Shown: positions 25,269-31,838 of the stretch, piece by piece
Position numbering within the stretch: the stretch's first letter is position 1
Layout: every line of letters begins with the position of its first letter
Assembly: GCA_017452405.1 (NCBI GenBank)
Contig: JAFTMM010000038.1
Span: forward strand, 1-32,400
Direction of reading: 5' to 3'
DNA from: Clostridia bacterium
Lineage (GTDB): Bacteria > Bacillota > Clostridia > Christensenellales > Pumilibacteraceae
Length of the DNA stretch: 32,400 bases
Made by a program: the position numbers and the translations under genes
Notes under the pieces: generated by a model
Told to the model about the DNA's origin: nothing
The model's database searches: none
What the model saw: only the letters and a program-made list of their open reading frames with translations

Positions 25269-26412
25269 AAACAGCCTACTCGTACTCTTTTTCTCCGTTA
25301 TGTTTATTCTAATTTCGCTTACGCCTCTCGTTCCATCGGCTGAAGTGGAAACAAGGCTAATGGTCAACGCAATAGGCATAGACGTAGGCGAGGACGGAAT
25401 GACCGTGACGGCGGAAACTATTAACGGCGAAGAAAACGAAGTGGTATACGGCAAAGGTGATATGCTTGTTGACACCTTGCAAGACCTTAACGAAAGATAC
25501 GGACGGCGTATAGAACTCGGTCATTGCGGACTTATAGCACTCGGCTCAAACGTTACGCGCGAGGACGCTATCTGTATATTTATGAACGTACTGTCCGACG
25601 GATTGATAAACACGGGTTGTTCGGTTGTCAGCGCTTCTGGTTCGGCACGTGAATTTATAAGCAAAGCCGCTCTTCTTACCAAGTCTACGGGTGACGGCGT
25701 AAGCGGTTTTATATCGTTCACCGACAGTCAGGCGTCAATGACCGTACCGTCTATTCTGGAAGCTATGCAGGCTCTTAAATCCAAATCGGGCGTGGCGGTA
25801 ATCCCCATTCTCGGCTTTAAGGAAAAGGAAGAGGAGTCCGGTCAGAGCGGAAGCCAAGGCTCAACGACGGAGCAGGGCGCGTCGCAGAATAATCAAAGCA
25901 AGACTAAGGAAACGGAGATAGTGCCTCCCAAAACAGCAAAGATGTTAAGTCGAGAGACGTACGTGCTTGACGAGGAAATGAGCAAAGGACTGATTTGGCT
26001 ACTTCCACGAAGCAAAGACGGTATGGCGGAGGCGGAAATGGAGCTTAATAATCAAACGTACGTACTTCGTTCGGTAATTGAATCCAAAACTACCGACGTT
26101 TCCGCTAAGTTTGAGGACGTTCCCGTCATAACGGTAGGGGTGGAAACTAAGCTGAAATTAGCGCAACGCTACGCCGTACTCTCCGAGGTGGAAAAGGGGC
26201 TAAGCCTGAACGAGCTTCACGATATGATGGCAGAAGCGTATGAAAACTCGATAAGAGAAGAAGTATCACGGCTGGCAGAGCTTTCAAAAACGGACGACTT
26301 CCTCGGCTTTAAAACAAGACTGTATCGCGCCGATCCCAAGCGGTTTAACTCGTGGGACGGCGACCTGTCAAACGCGCGTATTGAGTACGATATAAAAGCT
26401 ACCGTACTTTGA
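25243..26412 (+). CDS. Spore germination protein, GerA-family C subunit (Ger(x)C)
   Basis: 389 aa. An N-terminal hydrophobic segment is followed by NAIGIDVGEDG, and the C-terminal Ger(x)C-like region ends in IEYDIKATVL. GAGGAGGAAG SD. It overlaps the B gene by 26 nt. Confidence 0.8.
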   Translation: MIKLNRKRKNSLLVLFFSVMFILISLTPLVPSAEVETRLMVNAIGIDVGEDGMTVTAETINGEENEVVYGKGDMLVDTLQDLNERYGRRIELGHCGLIALGSNVTREDAICIFMNVLSDGLINTGCSVVSASGSAREFISKAALLTKSTGDGVSGFISFTDSQASMTVPSILEAMQALKSKSGVAVIPILGFKEKEEESGQSGSQGSTTEQGASQNNQSKTKETEIVPPKTAKMLSRETYVLDEEMSKGLIWLLPRSKDGMAEAEMELNNQTYVLRSVIESKTTDVSAKFEDVPVITVGVETKLKLAQRYAVLSEVEKGLSLNELHDMMAEAYENSIREEVSRLAELSKTDDFLGFKTRLYRADPKRFNSWDGDLSNARIEYDIKATVL

Positions 26413-26413
26413 T

Positions 26414-26486
26414 TTCGACGGAAAACGACGGAGAATAAGCATCTTCGGCAATTTTAGCGCTTATAAAAAAGTTATAATGATAAGCG
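26414..26486 (+). promoter_or_regulatory. spoIIE control region: Spo0A-box-like tandem repeat, -10 hexamer and flanking inverted repeat
   Basis: TTCGACG (26414..26420) matches the 0A-box complement TTCGACA at 6 of 7 positions. It lies within the tandem decamers CGACGGAAAA/CGACGGAGAA (26416..26435). TATAAT is at 26473..26478 with no good -35 hexamer. The inverted repeat CGCTTAT/ATAAGCG (26458..26464 and 26480..26486) brackets the -10. Confidence 0.45.
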
Positions 26487-28676
26487 ATGAATAGAAGTGT
26501 GATAAAAACCGTCATAGTCCACATGCTTACGCTGGCTTTCATGATAACGGCTTGTAGCGCAACAGCTTTCGGCGTTTCGCCCTTCGGGTTTTCGGCTCAT
26601 CTTGCCGTACTCTATTCGGGCGGATTGCCTCTGGCATCGCTTTACTTTTTAGTAGCGTCAATGCTTGCAAGTCCCACGCTTACGGCGTTTTGCGTTTCCG
26701 CTTCGCTAAGCGTAGTAGGCGTAATAGCCAACCTAATCATAACTTTTGCGCCTATAATGCGCAAGAAAACGTGGCGCATGATAGCCCACTCCGCCCTCCA
26801 AACGACGGGCTACGGAGTATTTCTATACCTTTTCGGCGCGCCGAGGATAATTGCTATCGTCAGCGCGCTTCTCGGTATTCTTCTCGGTATTTTAATGTCA
26901 TTTGCTACGCCTGCGCTTGCTTCGGGCGTTACGAGGATAGATACGCTGGGGAAAGCAGGACTCAGCGCCGTTTGCGTGGTGTTCTTTATGGGGATCGAAG
27001 GGATTAAAATAGTTGACTATCCCGTTGCAAGACTAATTTTCGCGCTGTTCACGCTTGCGGTAATTTCGTGCAGGGGTAACGCTTTCGTCCTCGGCGCGCT
27101 GGCGTCTTTTGGATCTGCCGTAGCCTCGGGCAGTACGGTAATTATGGCTTGCGGGGTAATGTCGGCGTTCGGTGCGATGGCGTTTGGCAAGGGCGCGCGA
27201 ATTTTGCCTGCGCTTGCCATGCCACTTGCGTATTTTGCCGTAGCGTGTTTATTCTCATACTCGTTAGACGTCGTAGGGTGGGAAATGCTTGCTATGGGGT
27301 GCGGTTGTGTAGCTTACGTCTTGCTTCCTAAAAAGGTTATTAAGGGCGTAGCGGATTATTTCCGTCCCATAGATGCGCTGACTTTGGAAATCTCTGCTTC
27401 GGGAATGGGGCGTAAACTGCCCGAACGGCTAATTCGCGCGTCCGAGGCTTTGGGCGAGATGAGCGAGCTTCTCGGCGCAGATGCGCGCGCGGACGGCGGT
27501 GTGGGTATGCGCGTAGCCGAAGCCCTTCAAGACGTTTGCTTGACGTGTGAAAAATGCGACACGTGCGCGGTTTGCGCGGATATGACTGCGCTTGCCGAGG
27601 ACTTCGTGCTCGGTGGCGCAAGGCTGAAAAATAACGTGATTTCCATGCCTTGCTCGTGTGGCGGACGTTTATTACGCGTGGCGGGCGAGATAAAGGAAAG
27701 CTTAGCAGGTAAATTGAGCGAGAGTGAAAGCGAAAGAAGGAGCGCGTCAAGCTACGCCAAACGCCTGGCATCGCTAAAAAAACTTATAGGAAAAATTTCT
27801 GCAGGGGTGGTAGAGGATTATCGCTACGACGGTGAACTTTCCGAAAGAGTTCGAAGTAATTTACCTGATGCCGGACTGCCGTGCGGTGGCGCTCTCGTTA
27901 CTGCCAAACTGTGCGGAGTGGTGCTTGTTCCAACGGACACGTCGCCCGAAACGCTGGAAAAATCTATGCGCAAAATCATAGGTAATATAAGGGTGGATAG
28001 AACGGACGAAGTTACGCCGAGCTGGACGGCAATGTCTTTTTCGCGCGCGAGCGCTCTTGACGTAGTGTACGCCGTAGCCCAATCACCCAAGCCGGGCAAT
28101 AAGGCAAGCGGTGACTCTTACTCCGCAACGCTGTGCGATAACCGCGCCCTGCTTTCGCTGTGTGACGGTAGCGGTACGGGCAAGAGCGCTTCAAGGTTGT
28201 CGCAAGCTACGCTATCGCTGATAGAAAGCCACTACAAAGCGGGGTTTGACGCGTCGGACGGAATAGCGTCTGTAAATTCTTTCCTATCATCACGCGCCTC
28301 CGAGGAGTTTTCCGCGCTTGACGTAGTGTCAATCAACCTTGAAAACGGTGAGGCGGATATTCTTAAAGCAGGTACGCCCTCGACGTACGTAATCCACGGC
28401 GACAGCCTGACCAAAATCGACGGCTCAGCGCTTCCCGTCGGAGCGTTGGAAAAAGCCTCTTATGCCTTAGCTACCAAACGCCTTACGGCAGGCGACGTGG
28501 TGATTTTAACTTCCGATGGAGTGTCCGACGCTTTGCCCGACCTGCCCGAAATTATCTCCGCGCAGTCGAGAATTAACGTGCGTAGAATGGCGGACGGAAT
28601 ACTAGCTGAAGCCGAGCGCCGTTCCTCGCACGACGATATGTCGGTGCTGGTCGCAAGGTTAATCGTGAAAAATTAA
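26487..28676 (+). CDS. spoIIE: Stage II sporulation protein E (PP2C-type phosphatase with a polytopic N-terminal domain)
   Basis: 729 aa with about 10 N-terminal TM segments, a central region and a C-terminal PP2C domain (GDSYSATL..., SLCDGSGTGKSASRLS, LTSDGVSDAL, HDDMSVLVARL). Confidence 0.9.
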   Translation: MNRSVIKTVIVHMLTLAFMITACSATAFGVSPFGFSAHLAVLYSGGLPLASLYFLVASMLASPTLTAFCVSASLSVVGVIANLIITFAPIMRKKTWRMIAHSALQTTGYGVFLYLFGAPRIIAIVSALLGILLGILMSFATPALASGVTRIDTLGKAGLSAVCVVFFMGIEGIKIVDYPVARLIFALFTLAVISCRGNAFVLGALASFGSAVASGSTVIMACGVMSAFGAMAFGKGARILPALAMPLAYFAVACLFSYSLDVVGWEMLAMGCGCVAYVLLPKKVIKGVADYFRPIDALTLEISASGMGRKLPERLIRASEALGEMSELLGADARADGGVGMRVAEALQDVCLTCEKCDTCAVCADMTALAEDFVLGGARLKNNVISMPCSCGGRLLRVAGEIKESLAGKLSESESERRSASSYAKRLASLKKLIGKISAGVVEDYRYDGELSERVRSNLPDAGLPCGGALVTAKLCGVVLVPTDTSPETLEKSMRKIIGNIRVDRTDEVTPSWTAMSFSRASALDVVYAVAQSPKPGNKASGDSYSATLCDNRALLSLCDGSGTGKSASRLSQATLSLIESHYKAGFDASDGIASVNSFLSSRASEEFSALDVVSINLENGEADILKAGTPSTYVIHGDSLTKIDGSALPVGALEKASYALATKRLTAGDVVILTSDGVSDALPDLPEIISAQSRINVRRMADGILAEAERRSSHDDMSVLVARLIVKN

Positions 28677-28721
28677 TTGCTTTTTTCCTACCGCAAGTGT
28701 ATAATAGCGGTGGAGAAAACT

Positions 28722-29279
28722 ATGGTTAAATTACTTATCGTCCGTCATGCAAAGACGGAATGGAACAAAACGGGTAGAATACAGGGCAGAAGCGACGTTC
28801 CCCTTGCCGAGGAAAGCAGAGAGCAGTCTGCTAAGTTATGGCAACAATTAGCGGATAAAGAAATTTCGGCGGTCTTTTCGTCGCCACTTTCACGCGCCGT
28901 GGATACTGCAAAACTTATTACTGACGGACGTTACGAAATCGTCACCGACGCAAGACTTATCGAGCGTGACTTCGGCGAGTACGAGGGCAAGACGTACGCC
29001 GAACTTAATCTTGCCGATCACGACAAGCTCTTTTTTGCGCTTGACGGAGTGAAAAACGTCGAGAAAAGCGAAAGTATTTTTAATCGCGTGCGTTCGTTTG
29101 TCGAGGACGTAAAAAAGACTTACGACGGCAAAACCGTACTCGTCGTAAGCCATGGGGTATGTATTTCGTTTTTGAAGTTTGCCTCAAACCATAAAGTATG
29201 GAATGAAAAGCTATACGATATGGGCTACGTAAAAAACCTTACGCTGACTGAAATAACGATCGGGGAGGATGAAGAATGA
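28722..29279 (+). CDS. Histidine phosphatase family protein (phosphoglycerate mutase-like)
   Basis: LLIVRHAKTEWNKTGRIQGRSDVPL (RHG-type motif) and VVSHGVCI (the second catalytic His). Start set at ATG 28722, with GGTGGAG upstream. The track's TTG at 28677 has no SD. Confidence 0.85.
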   Translation: MVKLLIVRHAKTEWNKTGRIQGRSDVPLAEESREQSAKLWQQLADKEISAVFSSPLSRAVDTAKLITDGRYEIVTDARLIERDFGEYEGKTYAELNLADHDKLFFALDGVKNVEKSESIFNRVRSFVEDVKKTYDGKTVLVVSHGVCISFLKFASNHKVWNEKLYDMGYVKNLTLTEITIGEDEE

Positions 29280-29740
29280 TTTCCATCGTACTCGTAGAAC
29301 CCGAAATACCCGCTAATACCGGTAATATATCCCGCACTTGCGCTTGTACGGGTATGCCCCTTTTCCTCGTCGGCAAGCTCGGCTTTGAAATCAGCGAATC
29401 GCGAGTTAAGCGCGCAGGACTCGACTATTGGGATAAAGTACAGATAACGCGCGCGGATACTTTGGAAGAGCTGTGGGAAAAATACGGCAAAGAGAAGTTC
29501 TTTTATTTCTCCACCAAAGCGGACAAGTTATATACCGAAGTAGACTATCCCGAAGACGCCTTTCTCGTGTTCGGCAAGGAAACTAAAGGACTGCCCGAAA
29601 GCGTGATTGAAGCTAACTTAGAGAGGGCGGTGCGTATTCCCATGCGCGAAGAACTGCGCTGTCTGAACTTATCCAACAGCGTGGCAATCGGCGCCTACGA
29701 AGCGCTTCGCCGTCACGATTTCTTCGATATACTACGCTGA
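29276..29740 (+). CDS. trmL: tRNA (cytidine/uridine(34)-2'-O)-methyltransferase TrmL (SpoU/TrmH family)
   Basis: 154 aa. IVLVEPEIPANTGNISRTCACTG, LVFGKETKGLP and NLSNSVAIGAYEALR. ATGA overlap with the upstream gene. Confidence 0.88.
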   Translation: MISIVLVEPEIPANTGNISRTCACTGMPLFLVGKLGFEISESRVKRAGLDYWDKVQITRADTLEELWEKYGKEKFFYFSTKADKLYTEVDYPEDAFLVFGKETKGLPESVIEANLERAVRIPMREELRCLNLSNSVAIGAYEALRRHDFFDILR

Positions 29741-30018
29741 GATCGTTGCTTCCTTTGCGAAAGGACAAAATGCGCAATACATATGCCTAGAATGAAGAAG
29801 ACTGCGTAAAAAACGCGAACCTCGTCGGCAAGGAGTAAACACGTTACGAGCATTACGCCCGAACCTATCACCACTGCGCAAACGTCGGTGAGCGCGTTAA
29901 ATAGCTTGCCTTTAACTTTCTTTTGGACTGAGAGTATAAAAGAATAGAGCAGACGCGTAGCGAAACCTTCTATGACGAGAATGAAAAAGAGTAATATTTC
30001 CAACCAAACCCCCGTCAT
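29713..30018 (-). CDS. yabQ: Spore cortex biosynthesis protein YabQ-like small membrane protein
   Basis: 101 aa with 3 hydrophobic segments. LLLADEVRVFYAVFFILGICIAHFVL resembles the GE(V/L)R(F/V)Y block of YabQ. ATGA overlap with the yabP stop, which matches the conserved yabP-yabQ pairing. Confidence 0.62.
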   Translation of the reverse strand: MTGVWLEILLFFILVIEGFATRLLYSFILSVQKKVKGKLFNALTDVCAVVIGSGVMLVTCLLLADEVRVFYAVFFILGICIAHFVLSQRKQRSQRSISKKS

Positions 30019-30353
30019 CGGAACAACCTCCGAAGAAGGGGTTTTTTAACTCCCGAGTATTGCATAAGGCTAACTTCGCCCTCAAACGTCAGACAACCGT
30101 CTGCTTCGGAGTACGAAACGATTTTAAGTCCGTTGCCTTTAACGACCAGCGCTCCGTCGCTTGTAACCGTATTAATAATGGTAGGGGAAGCGTCCACTAC
30201 TTTTTCCACGCCCGTAACGAGAGCGCGTTTTCTGCTCTCTAGCGTAATACTGTGTTTTGGCTTTATTTTGTTTTCTTTATTTTCCACGCTATATATTACG
30301 TAAATAGCGCGAATTTTATGCAAAAATACCTGCCTTTTAAATTTGCTTGACAA
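30015..30353 (-). CDS. yabP: Sporulation protein YabP
   Basis: HSITLESRKRALVTGVEKVVDASPTIINTVTSDGALVVKGNGLKIVSYSEADGCLTFEGEVSLMQY matches the YabP fold pattern. Coordinates give the maximal ORF (TTG 30353). The real start is more likely TTG 30323 or GTG 30287, because 30347..30352 is the divIC -35 hexamer. Confidence 0.78.
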   Translation of the reverse strand: MSSKFKRQVFLHKIRAIYVIYSVENKENKIKPKHSITLESRKRALVTGVEKVVDASPTIINTVTSDGALVVKGNGLKIVSYSEADGCLTFEGEVSLMQYSGVKKPLLRRLFR

Positions 30354-30375
30354 TAAACGCGATTTCTAATATAAT
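30347..30375 (+). promoter_or_regulatory. Predicted consensus sigma-A promoter of divIC
   Basis: TTGACA (30347..30352), 17-nt spacer, TATAAT (30370..30375). The ATG lies 6 nt downstream with no SD. Confidence 0.6.
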
Positions 30376-30381
30376 TTTACC

Positions 30382-30660
30382 ATGACTGAAAAACAGAAAA
30401 AAATTACTATGATTTGTACGGTGACGGGTATGGTGCTTTTACTTATATCCGTTATTGCGCTGATTGTCAATATAATTTCACTTGTTTCTCTTGAATCAAA
30501 ACGTGCAGAACTTGAGGCGCGTAGCGCGCAACTCCAAGAAGTCATTGACTCCAACTCTGAAGAAATTACATACCGTAATACCGAAGAATATATCGAAAGA
30601 TACGCTCGTGACTACCTTAATATGAAATACGAAGACGAGGAGGTCTACGAGGCAGAGTGA
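30382..30660 (+). CDS. divIC: Septum formation initiator family protein (DivIC/FtsB)
   Basis: 92 aa: one TM segment (MICTVTGMVLLLISVIALIVNII), a coiled coil (ESKRAELEARSAQLQEVI), then EEYIERYARDYLNMKYEDEEVY. Confidence 0.75.
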   Translation: MTEKQKKITMICTVTGMVLLLISVIALIVNIISLVSLESKRAELEARSAQLQEVIDSNSEEITYRNTEEYIERYARDYLNMKYEDEEVYEAE

Positions 30661-31505
30661 GTTCAGCTGTTATAGACATCGGAAGCGGTAGCGTCAGACT
30701 CCTTCTGGGAGGCAAAAAAACGACGGTAATGACTAAGCTCGGCGAAGGCCTAAATGCAGAAGGCGTGTTGTCCGAAACGGCAATAATCCGTACGGTTTCC
30801 GCAATTAAGGATCTCGCTATGACCGCACGTCTTGCGGGCGCAGAAGTGCACGCCTTTGCTACTGAAGCGGTGAGAGTCGCATCTAACCGCGGAGAGTTTC
30901 TTTCCGCAGTCAGTGCCGAATGCGCTGTGGACGTGGAAATTATAAGCGGTTACGAAGAAGCCGAGGTTGCGCTTCTCGGCGCATGTCCCGACGGTGACGC
31001 AACCGTTATCGATATAGGAGGCGCAAGCGTGGAAATAGTGTGCGGAAGCCGTGGCAATATTTCTTACGTCAAGTCGTTGCCTCTCGGCATGGTGCGACTT
31101 ACCGAACAGTCGGACGGCGCTCCCGATCTTATAAGGGCGTATTCCGTACGTGGTCTTAGTAATTACGGCAAAGTCGAAGTTCTCGGCAAGGCTATCGGAG
31201 TGGGCGGAACGTTCACCTCACTTTCCGCCATGGCGCAGGGCTTGGAAAAATACGATTCGGAAAAAGTTCAAGGATATTATCTTGACAAGGAAACGGTCGC
31301 AGGGATACGGGAAAAACTTATCGAAGCCGAAACTCCGGAAAAGATAATGGAAATTTATCCGTCCTTACCTCCGCTCCGCGCAGAACTGATCAAAGCCGGC
31401 GCAATCTTCGTGGGCGAACTATTTGACTATTTAGGCATAGACGGCGTAACGGTCAGCGAAGCCGACAATCTCGACGGATATTTAAGATATAAAGGATTAA
31501 ACTGA
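30657..31505 (+). CDS. Ppx/GppA-family phosphatase (short form, ASKHA fold)
   Basis: 282 aa. AVIDIGSGSVRLLL, ATEAVRVASN and VIDIGGASVEIV are the phosphate-binding loops of Ppx/GppA. The GTG start overlaps the divIC stop (GTGA). Confidence 0.83.
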   Translation: MSSAVIDIGSGSVRLLLGGKKTTVMTKLGEGLNAEGVLSETAIIRTVSAIKDLAMTARLAGAEVHAFATEAVRVASNRGEFLSAVSAECAVDVEIISGYEEAEVALLGACPDGDATVIDIGGASVEIVCGSRGNISYVKSLPLGMVRLTEQSDGAPDLIRAYSVRGLSNYGKVEVLGKAIGVGGTFTSLSAMAQGLEKYDSEKVQGYYLDKETVAGIREKLIEAETPEKIMEIYPSLPPLRAELIKAGAIFVGELFDYLGIDGVTVSEADNLDGYLRYKGLN

Positions 31506-31535
31506 AAAATCTCACTCCTAAGGGTGAGATTTTTG
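31505..31535. terminator. Bidirectional rho-independent terminator
   Basis: Perfect 11-bp stem AAAAATCTCAC/GTGAGATTTTT with an 8-nt loop, between the convergent Ppx-like gene and the 67-aa ORF. Confidence 0.75.
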
Positions 31536-31536
31536 T

Positions 31537-31740
31537 TTACCAATCGAGTTTGGATAACTTTTTGGAATTATTTACTTTTACGTCGTCATACTTTGCGAAA
31601 TACCGTTCTTTGAAGGATTCGGGCAGGTCGGATATGCCTTCGGATGCGATTAACTCGGCAAGTTCGTCGGGCGTAAAATCGGACAGCGAAATTTCACCGT
31701 CATAGCTGTCAAACAAGCGCATAATATCTCTTTCCGTCAT
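31537..31740 (-). CDS. Hypothetical small acidic protein (67 aa)
   Basis: It has its own promoter, an AGGAGG SD 8 nt from the ATG, and a terminator. I recognise no family for it. Confidence 0.55.
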   Translation of the reverse strand: MTERDIMRLFDSYDGEISLSDFTPDELAELIASEGISDLPESFKERYFAKYDDVKVNNSKKLSKLDW

Positions 31741-31767
31741 AAGCGCGACCTCCTAAAACGCGCTTTC

Positions 31768-31796
31768 ATTATACCATAAGTAAAACGATAGCGCAA
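31768..31796 (-). promoter_or_regulatory. Predicted sigma-A promoter (extended -10) of the 67-aa ORF
   Basis: On the minus strand: TTGCGC (31796..31791), 17-nt spacer ending in TGg, TATAAT (31773..31768). Confidence 0.55.
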
Positions 31797-31800
31797 TTAT

Positions 31801-31829
31801 TTGACTTAAATTTTCGATTATTATATAAT
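31801..31829 (+). promoter_or_regulatory. Predicted consensus sigma-A promoter of hisH
   Basis: TTGACT (31801..31806), 17-nt spacer, TATAAT (31824..31829). The ATG lies 9 nt downstream with no SD. Confidence 0.6.
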
Positions 31830-31838
31830 ATACTGCGT

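Noticed and set aside
27340-27771. 143-aa Arg/Pro/Ser-rich minus-strand ORF inside spoIIE
   Set aside because: It is antisense to the conserved central region of SpoIIE. Its extreme basic low-complexity composition is that of a GC-rich shadow frame.
28677-28705. TTGCTT-17-TATAAT promoter-like match immediately after the spoIIE stop
   Set aside because: The geometry is good. However, a start about 7 nt downstream of this -10 would fall inside the GGTGGAG SD of the histidine phosphatase gene. It may be real, giving a very short leader, or fortuitous. I am not confident enough to list it as a feature.
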